DNA of 24,000 bases from Alphaproteobacteria bacterium. Lineage in GTDB: Bacteria > Pseudomonadota > Alphaproteobacteria > CACIAM-22H2. Where the stretch lies: positions 66,269-90,268 of the forward strand of contig JAEULA010000054.1 of NCBI GenBank assembly GCA_016793165.1, given 5' to 3'. Each line of letters starts with the position of its first letter. Within the stretch, counting starts at the first letter, position 1. The translations under genes were made by a program, and so were the position numbers. Below the pieces are notes generated by a model, which was not told the origin of the DNA, searched no databases, and worked only from the letters and a program-made list of their open reading frames with translations. Of this stretch, positions 7,957-15,495 are shown in pieces.

Positions 7957-9732
7957 TCAGCTCGGCATGTCGGCGAGGAGCTGCAGCGAGGCGAGGCGCG
8001 CATAGAGTCCGCCGGCCTGCGCGAGCACGGCGTGCGGTCCCGTCTCGACGACCCTGCCGCGATCGAGCACGACGATGCGATCGGCACGCTGCACGGTGGC
8101 GAGGCGGTGCGCGATCACCAGCGTGGTCCGGCTGCGCGCCAGCCCGTCCAGCGCCTTCTGGACGAGCCGCTCGCTCTCGGCGTCGAGCGCCGAAGTCGCC
8201 TCGTCCAGCAGCAGCACGGCCGGATCGCGAAGGATCGCGCGGGCGATCGCGAGCCGCTGCTTCTGCCCGGTCGAGAGCCGCTGCCCCTTCTCGCCGAGCT
8301 GCGTGGCGAAGCCCTGCGGCAGGCGCTCGATAAACTCCAGCGCATGCGCGGCATCGGCCGCGGCGCGAAGCTCGGCATCGCTCGCCTCCGGGCGCGCGAA
8401 TCGGATGTTCGCCGCGACGTCGGTCGCGAAGATCACGGGCTCCTGCGGTACGAGCGCGACGCGACGGCGAAGGTCGGCCGGATCGCAATGCCGGATGTCG
8501 ACCCCGTCGAAGAGGATCCGGCCCGCCTGCGGATCGTAGAACCGCAGCGCGAGCTGGAGGATCGTCGACTTGCCCGATCCGGAAGGGCCGACGATCGCCA
8601 CCGCCTCGCCAGGCGCGACGTCGAGGGACAGCTCGTCGATCGCCGGGCGCTCCGGCCGCGTCGGATAGGTGAACCCGACCCGGTCGAAGACGAGCGCGCC
8701 GCGCGGCGGCACGGGGAGCGGCAGCGGCGCGGCCGGCACGGCGATGTCGGAGCGCGCGTCGAGCAGCTCGAACAGGCGCTCGGCGGCGCCAGCGGCGCGC
8801 TGCAGGTCGCCGATGAACTCGCTGAGCGACCCGACCGACCCCGCCACGACCACGGCATAGAAAACGAAGGCCGACAGCTGCCCGGCCGAGATGTCGCCGG
8901 CGATCGCGGCGTGGCCGCCGATCCACAGCACGATCCCGATGGCGCCGAACACCAGCATGATGACGACGGCGGCGAGCGCCGCCCGCGCCCGGTTGCGCCG
9001 ATGCGCGGCCGCGACGGTGGCCTCGACCCGCGCGGCGAAGTGGTCGCGGCGCTCGGGCTCCCGGCCGAAGGCCTGGACCGTGCGCACCGCGTTGAGCGTC
9101 TCCTCGATGTCAGCTCCGGTATCGGCCAGGCGATCCTGGCTCGCCCGCGAAAGGGCGCGCACGCGCCGCCCGAAGACGATGATCGGAGCGACCACGAGCG
9201 GCAGCACGCCGAAGGTCAGCAGCGTCAGCTTCGGCGACGTCACCGCCATCATCGTCGTCCCGCCGACGACGAGCAGGACGTTGCGCAGGGCCATCGACAG
9301 CGACGAACCCACGATCGTCTGCAGCAGCGTGGTGTCGGCGACGAGGCGCGAGATCACGTCGCCGACGCGCGTCGTCTCGAAGAACGCCGGCGACAGCGAC
9401 AGCACATGGTCGAAGACGCTCCGGCGCAGGTCGGCGGCGATCCGCTCGCCGATCCATGCCACCATCAGCGCGCGCGCGAAGGTCGCGATCGACAGCGCCG
9501 CCACGACGACGAGCAGCCCCAGCAGCGCCTGGTCGAGACGGGAGGAATCGCCCGTGGCGAAGCCCGTGTCGACCAGCCAGCGCAGGCCGGCGCCGAACCC
9601 GAGCACGGCCAGCGATGCCGCCGTCAGGGCGATGGCCGCGACGGCCACGCGGCCGCGATAGGGGCGGACATAGCCGCCGAGGCGGCGCAGCACGCCGAGG
9701 CCTGCGCGCGGCTTGTCCTGGTCGTCGCTCAT
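7957..9732 (-). CDS. ABC exporter, fused permease/ATPase half-transporter (ABCB/MsbA class, ABCB10/Mdl1-like)
   Basis: The 591-aa product has Walker A GPSGSGKST, signature LSTGQKQRLAIARA and Walker B LLLDEATSALD. TMD motifs GDVISRLVADTTLLQ and VRTVQAFGRE resemble the ABCB10/Mdl1 subfamily. Confidence 0.85.
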   Translation of the reverse strand: MSDDQDKPRAGLGVLRRLGGYVRPYRGRVAVAAIALTAASLAVLGFGAGLRWLVDTGFATGDSSRLDQALLGLLVVVAALSIATFARALMVAWIGERIAADLRRSVFDHVLSLSPAFFETTRVGDVISRLVADTTLLQTIVGSSLSMALRNVLLVVGGTTMMAVTSPKLTLLTFGVLPLVVAPIIVFGRRVRALSRASQDRLADTGADIEETLNAVRTVQAFGREPERRDHFAARVEATVAAAHRRNRARAALAAVVIMLVFGAIGIVLWIGGHAAIAGDISAGQLSAFVFYAVVVAGSVGSLSEFIGDLQRAAGAAERLFELLDARSDIAVPAAPLPLPVPPRGALVFDRVGFTYPTRPERPAIDELSLDVAPGEAVAIVGPSGSGKSTILQLALRFYDPQAGRILFDGVDIRHCDPADLRRRVALVPQEPVIFATDVAANIRFARPEASDAELRAAADAAHALEFIERLPQGFATQLGEKGQRLSTGQKQRLAIARAILRDPAVLLLDEATSALDAESERLVQKALDGLARSRTTLVIAHRLATVQRADRIVVLDRGRVVETGPHAVLAQAGGLYARLASLQLLADMPS

Positions 9733-9757
9733 GTCCGGCGGCCTCGCTGGGGAACCG

Positions 9758-10084
9758 TCACTCGAGCCGCAGACCCAGGCCGCGGCCGAGCGCCGCGTCG
9801 AGGTCGTCGGCGAGGCAGCCCGTCAGGGTCGCGTCGCCCCGGGTCGACCGCCACGCCTCGGCACGCCAGGCGAAGTGGTGCGCTCCGGAGACCGGGCTCG
9901 ACAGCCAGAGTTCGCGGTTCGGCGCGTGCTTGTTGACGATGAACTGTCGCCCGTCCGCGAGCTCGAGGGTCAGGATGCCGCCGCGCAACTCCACGTCGAG
10001 ATCGTCCGCCAGCTCGGCCTCCAGCCGCTCTGCCAGTCGCGCCAGCGTCGCCGCAGCCTTGGTCTCAAACGCACGCTCGTCCAT
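9758..10084 (-). CDS. cyaY: Iron-sulfur cluster assembly protein CyaY (bacterial frataxin)
   Basis: The 108-aa product reads DDLDVELRGGILTLELADGRQFIVNKHAPNRELWLSSPVSGAHHFAW, which aligns with E. coli CyaY ([43 protein letters not shown]). Confidence 0.85.
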   Translation of the reverse strand: MDERAFETKAAATLARLAERLEAELADDLDVELRGGILTLELADGRQFIVNKHAPNRELWLSSPVSGAHHFAWRAEAWRSTRGDATLTGCLADDLDAALGRGLGLRLE

Positions 10085-10169
10085 GGCACCCCGGGAAAAT
10101 CGCGTCTGGTCAGCGGTCTATCATGCGCGCCGGACGGCTCAAAGCCGCCGCGCGACGACGCCTCGTCGC

Positions 10170-10198
10170 TTGATTCATCCCCCCCGCTTCGCTATACC
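10170..10198 (+). promoter_or_regulatory. Candidate sigma70-type promoter for rpmE
   Basis: TTGATT (10170-10175), a 17-nt spacer, then TATACC (10193-10198). The extended -10 GCTATACC resembles the alphaproteobacterial GCTANAWC. A GANTC site (GATTC 10172-10176) overlaps the -35. Confidence 0.35.
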
Positions 10199-10248
10199 CC
10201 GCCGTCATTTTTCGGCCGCCCAGGCGGCGGCCGCTGGAGAGCCCGATC

Positions 10249-10506
10249 ATGAAGCCGAACATCCATCCCGAGTACCACGACATCACCGTCGTGATGACCG
10301 ACGGGTCGCAGTTCACGACCCGCTCGACCTACGGCAAGGCGGGCGACGTGCTGCGGCTCGACATCGACCCGAAGACCCATCCGGCCTGGACGGGTCAGCA
10401 TCGCGAGATCAAGTCGGGCGGCCAGGTTTCCAAGTTCAACAAGCGCTTCGGCAACCTCGGCAACGCGGGCAAGGGTGCCGCAGCCAAGGCCACCACCAAG
10501 ACCTGA
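10249..10506 (+). CDS. rpmE: 50S ribosomal protein L31
   Basis: [27 protein letters not shown]...[13 protein letters not shown]...[10 protein letters not shown] is the canonical L31 sequence (the form lacking the CxxC zinc motif). Confidence 0.95.
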   Translation: MKPNIHPEYHDITVVMTDGSQFTTRSTYGKAGDVLRLDIDPKTHPAWTGQHREIKSGGQVSKFNKRFGNLGNAGKGAAAKATTKT

Positions 10507-10566
10507 GGGCGCGCCGGGACGGCCGTCGGCTCGCCGCCGCTCAGCCGGCGACAATATCCGGACATG

Positions 10567-10598
10567 AAAAAGGGCGTCCCCACGGGACGCCCTTTTTT
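10567..10598. terminator. Bidirectional rho-independent terminator
   Basis: The layout is aaaaa-gggcgtccc(10572-10580)-cac-gggacgccc(10584-10592)-tttttt. An A-tract lies upstream and a T-tract downstream, between convergent rpmE and the DUF1465 gene. Confidence 0.85.
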
Positions 10599-10625
10599 GC
10601 TGGCCTCGCGAGGGGCCGGACCGCG

Positions 10626-11048
10626 TCAGTCGGCGGCGCTGACGGCCGCGGCGTCGCTGACCAGCGCATTGAGGTGGCGGACCCGCACATAGAGGCGCCG
10701 GCTGCGCGAGAGCAGCTGCACGAGCCGCGCGGGCAGTTCGGTTGCTCCGGACTCGGTCTCCGCCAGGCAGGTCGGGTCGTCGGGCACGCTGAACGCCGGC
10801 CCGCTCGCCTCGAGCGGCGTGATCTCTCCGGCGGCGGCGGCCTTCTGCGCCAGCATCCACGCCATCACCTGCGCGAGCCGGGCCGTGACGCGCATGGTTT
10901 CGGCGCTGATCTGGAGCCGTTCGATGGCCGGGATGTCGTCGCCCGCCGCGGGATCCATGTACGCGATGTAGTTGCGCGTCTCGACGAGGAGCTCGACCGC
11001 CTCGTCGTAGGTCTTCTTGAAGAACACGCTGTTCGCCGCCATCGCCAT
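10626..11048 (-). CDS. rcdA: DUF1465 family protein (RcdA-like regulator of CtrA degradation / protease adaptor)
   Basis: The 140-aa product starts FFKKTYDEAVELLVETRNYIAY... and is helical with an acidic C-terminal tail. This fits my recollection of the DUF1465/RcdA family. The start (11048 or 11042) is uncertain. Confidence 0.55.
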   Translation of the reverse strand: MAMAANSVFFKKTYDEAVELLVETRNYIAYMDPAAGDDIPAIERLQISAETMRVTARLAQVMAWMLAQKAAAAGEITPLEASGPAFSVPDDPTCLAETESGATELPARLVQLLSRSRRLYVRVRHLNALVSDAAAVSAAD

Positions 11049-11164
11049 GCGCGGACTCTGCGTTCCGGACCCGTCCGGGACAAGCTTAACGAGGAACTAC
11101 CCCTCGCGCCCTTGACGGGTCCAAGGGGCCTACCCACCTGCATCGATGCGTCGGCACCGTCGCC

Positions 11165-11265
11165 CGTTCGGGGGTGGTCGCCATCGCGAAAGCAGACCCG
11201 CCGGCGGTTCCCCGCGGAACGTCGGCATCCCACACCCTCGCTTCCTCAAGGAGGATCTTGTGATG
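11165..11265 (+). promoter_or_regulatory. ROSE-like RNA thermometer in the hsp20 5' UTR (5' boundary uncertain)
   Basis: The 3' segment GCUUCCUCAAGGAGGAUCUUGUGAUG closely parallels Bradyrhizobium ROSE1 ...GCUCCUUGGAGGAUUUGGCUAUG. UCCUC pairs with the GAGGA Shine-Dalgarno and CAUC pairs with GAUG around the start codon. Confidence 0.45.
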
Positions 11266-11718
11266 ACCCATCTCGACTTCAGCCCCCTGTTCCGCACCGG
11301 CATCGGCTTCGACCGCGTCAGCCGGCTGATCGACTCCGCCCTGAGCGGCAACGAGCAGGCGGCCAGCTATCCGCCGTACAACATCGAGGTGACCGGCGAC
11401 GACAGCTACCGACTCACGATGGCGGTGGCCGGATTCGGTCCCGACGACATCTCGATCACGCAGCAGGAGAACGCGCTGTTCGTCGCCGGCCGGGTCAAGC
11501 CGGTCGAGGGCGAGCGCCGCTACCTGCATCGCGGGATCGCCGGCCGCGCCTTCGAGCGCCGCTTCCAGCTCGCCGACTTCATCAAGGTGAGCGGCGCGCA
11601 GATCGCCAACGGCCTGCTGCACGTCGACCTCGTGCGCGAAGTGCCCGAGGCGATGAAGCCGCGGCAGATCAAGATCGTCGGCGCCGAGCCGCAGTCGATC
11701 GAAGCCAAGGCGGCCTGA
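11263..11718 (+). CDS. Small heat-shock protein, Hsp20/IbpA family
   Basis: The product shows the alpha-crystallin domain pattern: SYPPYNIEVTGDDSYRLTMAVAGFGPDDISITQQENALFVAGR...YLHRGIAGRAFERRFQLAD...NGLLHVDL. AAGGAGGA RBS lies 7 nt upstream of ATG 11263. Confidence 0.9.
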   Translation: MTHLDFSPLFRTGIGFDRVSRLIDSALSGNEQAASYPPYNIEVTGDDSYRLTMAVAGFGPDDISITQQENALFVAGRVKPVEGERRYLHRGIAGRAFERRFQLADFIKVSGAQIANGLLHVDLVREVPEAMKPRQIKIVGAEPQSIEAKAA

Positions 11719-11755
11719 GCGCGCGACGTCGCACGCACGGCCCACCGAGCGCGAC

Positions 11756-11786
11756 GGCCGGGGATCCACGATCCCCGGCCGTTTTT
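11756..11786 (+). terminator. Rho-independent terminator of hsp20
   Basis: ggccggggatc(11756-11766)-cac-gatccccggcc(11770-11780) forms an 11-bp stem, followed by g-ttttt. Confidence 0.8.
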
Positions 11787-11822
11787 CGTCGATGTACTTG
11801 ACGCGACCCGCCGGTTCGCCGC

Positions 11823-12626
11823 TTGCTCGCGTCCATGACCCGCTCCGACTTCGACCCTCGCCCCTGCGCCGACTGGATCGTGGCCCGCCGACACGCCGGC
11901 ACCGCGATCGCCGCACTCCCGGCGGACCTGAAGCCGCGCACCGAGGACGAGGGCTATGCGGTCCAGGCGCTGGTTCGCGACGGCCTGTCCGCGCGCGGCC
12001 CGTCGATCGGCTGGAAGGTCGGCGCGACGACGCCCGCCATGCAGGGCCTCCTCAACGTGCCGGCGCCGTGCGCTGGCGAGATGCATGCCGCCGGCCGCCA
12101 TGACCGCCATGCCCGGCTCGCCGCCGCGTCGTTCACCCGCGTCGGGATTGAATGCGAGATCGCCGCGGAGCTCGCCACGCCGCTCGGCGGCGCCGGGAAG
12201 GTCGATCTCGCGCAGGCGCGCGCCGCCGTGCGCAACCTGCACGCCGCCGCGGAGATCGTCGACGACCGCTACGGCGACTTCCGGCATTTCGGCGTGCCGA
12301 GCCTGATCGCCGATTTCTTCTTCCATGCCGGGGTCGTGCTCGGGCCGCCGGTGGCCGCGTGGCGCGACATCGATCTCGAGCGCGTCGAAGGCACGACCGC
12401 GGTCGACGGCGAGGTGAAGCTGCGCGGCCGCGGCGCCGACGTGCTCGGCAACCCGTTGGCCTCGCTCGTCTGGCTCGCGAACCGGCTGACCGCGCTCGGC
12501 CGCCGGCTCGAAGCCGGGCAGATCGTGATGCTCGGGAGCCTGCCCCTGCCCTACTGGGCGAAGGCCGGCGACCGCGTGACCGTGACCCTCAACGGGCTCG
12601 GCGCGGTCACGATCGACCTGGACTGA
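11823..12626 (+). CDS. 2-keto-4-pentenoate hydratase / 2-oxohepta-3-ene-1,7-dioate hydratase family (MhpD-like)
   Basis: YAVQ...GWKVGATTP, IECEIA, AAAEIVDDRY, GNPLASLVWLANRL and AGQIVMLGSL are collinear with E. coli MhpD. The start could be 11823 or 11835. Confidence 0.7.
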   Translation: MLASMTRSDFDPRPCADWIVARRHAGTAIAALPADLKPRTEDEGYAVQALVRDGLSARGPSIGWKVGATTPAMQGLLNVPAPCAGEMHAAGRHDRHARLAAASFTRVGIECEIAAELATPLGGAGKVDLAQARAAVRNLHAAAEIVDDRYGDFRHFGVPSLIADFFFHAGVVLGPPVAAWRDIDLERVEGTTAVDGEVKLRGRGADVLGNPLASLVWLANRLTALGRRLEAGQIVMLGSLPLPYWAKAGDRVTVTLNGLGAVTIDLD

Positions 12627-12636
12627 GGCGGCGCGC

Positions 12637-13083
12637 TCAGCTGCCGACGCGCAGGCGCTCGAACGAGGCGCGGATTCGCTCGGGGATCGGCGCCGGCCGC
12701 TCGGTCGCGCGATCGACGAAGACGTGCACGAAATGGCCGTCGGCGCGCGCCTCGTTCTCGCCGACGCCGAACAGCCCGAGTTCGTAGCGCACCGAGCTGC
12801 GGCCGAGATGCCCGACGCGCAGGCACGCCTCGATCGGTTCCGGATAGGCGAAGGGCCGGTGGAATCGGCACGCGGTTTCGATCGCATAGCCGATGACCGG
12901 CGAGCGCAGGATGTCGAAGCCGCCCTCGTCGATCAGCCAGCGGTTCACAAGCGTGTCGAAATAGCTGTAGTAGACGACGTTGTTGACGTGGCCGTAGGCG
13001 TCGTTGTCCATCCAGCGGGTCTGCAGCACGAGCATGTGCGCGAAGCCGGAACGCCGCTCCGGCGGCCGTCGCGGCGCGCTCAT
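12637..13083 (-). CDS. Acyl-CoA thioesterase, hotdog fold (4HBT/YbgC-like)
   Basis: TRWMDNDAYGHVNNVVYYSYFDTLVNRWL matches the 4HBT catalytic Asp/His region. The 148-aa gene starts in an ATGA overlap with the upstream hydrolase stop. Confidence 0.75.
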   Translation of the reverse strand: MSAPRRPPERRSGFAHMLVLQTRWMDNDAYGHVNNVVYYSYFDTLVNRWLIDEGGFDILRSPVIGYAIETACRFHRPFAYPEPIEACLRVGHLGRSSVRYELGLFGVGENEARADGHFVHVFVDRATERPAPIPERIRASFERLRVGS

Positions 13084-13868
13084 ACGATCTCCGTCAGGGC
13101 ATCGAGGACGGCGTCGGGCCGCTCGACCATCATCATGTGGCCGCAGCCTTCGATCGCGACCACCCGCGCGCCCTCGATCAGCGCACCGAGCTCGGCCGCG
13201 CCGCGCGGAGGCGTCATGCGATCCTGGGCGCCGGCAAGGACGAGTGCGGGGCAGCGTACGCGTCCCGCGGCGTCGCGCGCCCCGTCATAGGCGGCGCATG
13301 CCGCGAGATCGGTCGCGAGAGTGCGCCCCTGATCGCGTTCGAGCAGGCGCACGCCCTGGCCGAGCAGCCACATCCCCGGTGCTTGCGCGCCGCCGAGATG
13401 GGCGCGGCGGCCGAAGCCCCACGACGCCACCAGATCGATCGCGTTGTGATCCTGCGCCCGCGCCTCGCGGAGCAGGTCGGGATGCACCGGCATCGCCGGC
13501 GCCGCGCCGAGCAGCGCGACGGCCCAGATCCGCTGCGGCGACACGGCGGCGGCGGCCAGGGCGATCAATGCGCCCATCGAATGTCCGACGATCGCGGCGC
13601 GCTCCAGCCCGGCCGCATCCATGGCGCGCAGGATCCAGGCCGCATAGGCCTCGATGCTCTCGCAGGCCTCTCCGGCCGAGCGTCCGTGGCCCGGCAGGTC
13701 GAGCGCGAAGACGTTGCGGCCGTGATGCGCGAAGAATCGCGTCTGCAGCGTCCACACCGTGTGATCCATTCCGGCGCCGTGCAGGAAGATCACATTCGGG
13801 TCGGGCGCGCGCGCAACGCGTCCGCCGGTCGCCGCGAAGACGGGAAGGCCGTCGACGGTCAGATTCAC
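13080..13868 (-). CDS. Alpha/beta-fold hydrolase
   Basis: The product has the oxyanion motif VIFLHGAGMD, then LDLPGHGRS, then the nucleophile elbow GHSMGA, and a C-terminal GCGHMMM (catalytic His region). Length is 262 aa. Confidence 0.8.
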   Translation of the reverse strand: MNLTVDGLPVFAATGGRVARAPDPNVIFLHGAGMDHTVWTLQTRFFAHHGRNVFALDLPGHGRSAGEACESIEAYAAWILRAMDAAGLERAAIVGHSMGALIALAAAAVSPQRIWAVALLGAAPAMPVHPDLLREARAQDHNAIDLVASWGFGRRAHLGGAQAPGMWLLGQGVRLLERDQGRTLATDLAACAAYDGARDAAGRVRCPALVLAGAQDRMTPPRGAAELGALIEGARVVAIEGCGHMMMVERPDAVLDALTEIV

Positions 13869-13871
13869 GGC

Positions 13872-15167
13872 TCAGCCCCGTTGCGCGGCGCGCAGCGCCT
13901 GCCCGAGGTCGTCGATCAGGTCGCCGACGTCCTCGAGGCCGACCGAGAGCCGGATCATCTCCTCGCCGACACCGGCGGCCTTGAGCGCCGCCGCGTCCAT
14001 CTGCTGATGCGTCGTGCTCGCCGGGTGGATGACCAGCGACTTGGCGTCGCCGACATTGGCGAGATGCGAGAAGATCTTCAGCGCCTCGATGAAGCGCCGG
14101 CCGGCGGCCCGGCCGCCCCGGATCCCGAAGCTGACCATCGAGCCGCATCCCTCGGGCAGCAGCCGCGCCGCCAGCGCGCGATCCGGATGCGACGGCAGCT
14201 CGGGATAGTTCACCCAGTCGACCTCGGGCGCGGCGGCGAGGAACGCGACCACCTTGCGCGCATTCTCGACGTGCTGGCGCATGCGCAATGCCAGGGTCTC
14301 GACGCCCTGAAGGATGTGGAAGGCGTTGGTCGGGCTCATGCTGGCGCCGAAGTCGCGCAGCCCTTCGGCACGCGCGCGCATGATCAGGGCGGCCGGCCCG
14401 AACTCCTCGGCGAAGTCCAGGCCGTGATAGCCCGCATAGGGCTCGGTGAGCGTCGGGAAGCGGCCCGACGCCTCCCAGTCGAACCGGCCGGAATCGACGA
14501 GCACGCCGCCGATCGCCACGCCATGTCCGCCGAGCCACTTGGTGGCCGAATGCATGACGATGTCGGCGCCGTGCTCGAAGGGACGGAACAGCGCCGGCGT
14601 GGCGAAGGTGTTGTCGATCATGAGCGGCACGCGCGCCTCGTGCGCGATCGCCGCGATCGCCTCGATGTCGAGCACCTCGAGGCCGGGATTGCCGAGCGTC
14701 TCGCCGAACACGAGCCGCGTGTCCGGCGTGATCGCGGCGCGGAACGCCGCGTGGTCGCGCGGCGGCACGAAGGTGGTGGTGATCCCGAAGCGCGGCAGCG
14801 TGTGGGTGAACAGGTTGTGAGATCCGCCGTAGATCGACGCGGAGGAGACGATGTGACCGCCCTGCCCCATCAGCGTCGCGATCGCGAGATGCAACGCGGC
14901 CTGGCCGCTCGCCGTGCAGATGGCGCCGACACCGCCTTCGAGCGCGGCGACCCGCTCCTCGAGCACGGCCACGGTGGGGTTCGAGATGCGCGAGTAGATG
15001 TGCCCGGCACGCTCGAGGTTGAACAGCGATGCCGCATGATCGACGCCCTGGAAGACGAACGACGTCGTTTGATAGATCGGCACGGCGCGGGCGCCGAAGA
15101 CCGGATCGGGATGCTGGCCCGCATGCAGGCCGAGCGTGTCGAATCTCAGGAACTTGGGATCGGGCAT
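13872..15167 (-). CDS. metY: O-acetylhomoserine aminocarboxypropyltransferase (sulfhydrylase), PLP-dependent
   Basis: FDTLGLHAGQ, PIYQTTSFVF, YSRISNPT and SATKWLGGHG (PLP-Lys) are typical of the MetY/Cys-Met metabolism PLP family. Length is 431 aa. Confidence 0.9.
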   Translation of the reverse strand: MPDPKFLRFDTLGLHAGQHPDPVFGARAVPIYQTTSFVFQGVDHAASLFNLERAGHIYSRISNPTVAVLEERVAALEGGVGAICTASGQAALHLAIATLMGQGGHIVSSASIYGGSHNLFTHTLPRFGITTTFVPPRDHAAFRAAITPDTRLVFGETLGNPGLEVLDIEAIAAIAHEARVPLMIDNTFATPALFRPFEHGADIVMHSATKWLGGHGVAIGGVLVDSGRFDWEASGRFPTLTEPYAGYHGLDFAEEFGPAALIMRARAEGLRDFGASMSPTNAFHILQGVETLALRMRQHVENARKVVAFLAAAPEVDWVNYPELPSHPDRALAARLLPEGCGSMVSFGIRGGRAAGRRFIEALKIFSHLANVGDAKSLVIHPASTTHQQMDAAALKAAGVGEEMIRLSVGLEDVGDLIDDLGQALRAAQRG

Positions 15168-15212
15168 CTCGGACGCGGGCCTCGTCTGGCGGAAGCGGCC
15201 GCGGACCGTAGG

Positions 15213-15254
15213 CCAAAAAGAAAGGGCCGCTCAACGGCGGCCCTCAGTTTTTGG
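15213..15254 (-). terminator. Intrinsic terminator-like hairpin inside the metY leader (attenuator candidate)
   Basis: On the minus strand the sequence is ccaaaaacuga-GGGCCGC-cguuga-GCGGCCC-uuucuuuuugg. The stem is 15224-15230 with 15237-15243. It ends only about 45 nt upstream of the metY ATG. Confidence 0.6.
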
Positions 15255-15290
15255 TTTTCCCTGTTCAACTCGGTGCGTGTGATGGGGCTT

Positions 15291-15319
15291 GGATAACGCC
15301 GCAGTCCGGCGCCGGTCAA
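15291..15319 (-). promoter_or_regulatory. Candidate sigma70-type promoter for the metY leader
   Basis: On the minus strand: TTGACC (complement of 15314-15319), a 17-nt spacer, then TTATCC (complement of 15291-15296). It lies downstream of the bdhA terminator. Confidence 0.35.
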
Positions 15320-15335
15320 GATGGCTGCCGCGGGC

Positions 15336-15465
15336 ATGAAAAAAGGGCCGTCTGCGGAAGCAGACGGCCCGAGTTGGACAGGGATTGCGCCAGGAAGAGC
15401 CCGGGGGCTGCGTCCCGGCGCTTCCGGCCCTGGAGGGGGTAGGGCCGGATCGCCACGAAGGCACC
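15336..15465 (-). ncRNA. Candidate small RNA with C/U-rich (anti-SD-like) hairpin loops (hypothetical)
   Basis: This non-coding stretch lies between the CtrA-like box and the strong terminator. Hairpin ccggccc-UACCCCCUCCA-gggccgg is at 15424-15448 (minus sense). A second hairpin, closed by gcgcc/ggcgc (15387-15421), contains CUCUUCCU. No credible ORF is present. Confidence 0.25.
15339..15370 (-). terminator. Rho-independent terminator (ends bdhA 3' region and/or the candidate sRNA)
   Basis: On the minus strand: GGGCCGUCUGC-uucc-GCAGACGGCCC followed by UUUUUU. This is an 11-bp stem (15345-15355 with 15360-15370) with a tetraloop. Confidence 0.85.
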
Positions 15466-15480
15466 CTAGGCGTGCATGGG

Positions 15481-15495
15481 TTAACAAAAGGTTAA
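15481..15495 (-). promoter_or_regulatory. Perfect CtrA-type binding motif TTAA-N7-TTAA(C)
   Basis: Plus strand reads ttaacaaaaggttaa. Minus strand reads TTAACCTTTTGTTAAC. It sits in the only AT-rich island of the bdhA-metY spacer and is the only such motif I found in the window. Confidence 0.4.

Noticed and set aside
11054-11058. GANTC (CcrM) sites near the starts of the rcdA-like gene (11054-11058), the rpmE -35 (10172-10176) and prpE (21486-21490)
   Set aside because: A 5-bp degenerate motif occurs by chance too often to interpret individually without genome-wide statistics or methylome data.
11111-11140. RpoH (sigma32)-type promoter CTTGAC...CCTACCCA upstream of hsp20
   Set aside because: The spacing between CTTG and the CCTA element (about 14 nt) does not fit the consensus spacing I recall, and the -10 match is weak. 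ROSE-controlled genes typically use housekeeping promoters.
8032-11801. Long plus-strand ORFs 8032..9936 and 9456..11801
   Set aside because: They are antisense or off-frame to the ABC transporter, cyaY, rpmE, rcdA-like and hsp20 genes. No recognisable motifs are present.
15168-15290. SAM-II riboswitch upstream of metY
   Set aside because: I could not find the conserved AAAGCU 3' pseudoknot strand or the U-rich/GGCUU arrangement I associate with SAM-II/SAM-V. I reported only a generic terminator-containing leader, and a covariance-model scan is needed.
13137-15296. 719-aa plus-strand and 649-aa minus-strand (13285..15234) ORFs over the metY/hydrolase region
   Set aside because: They are off-frame or antisense to strongly supported metY and alpha/beta hydrolase CDSs, and their composition is typical of GC-rich shadow ORFs.
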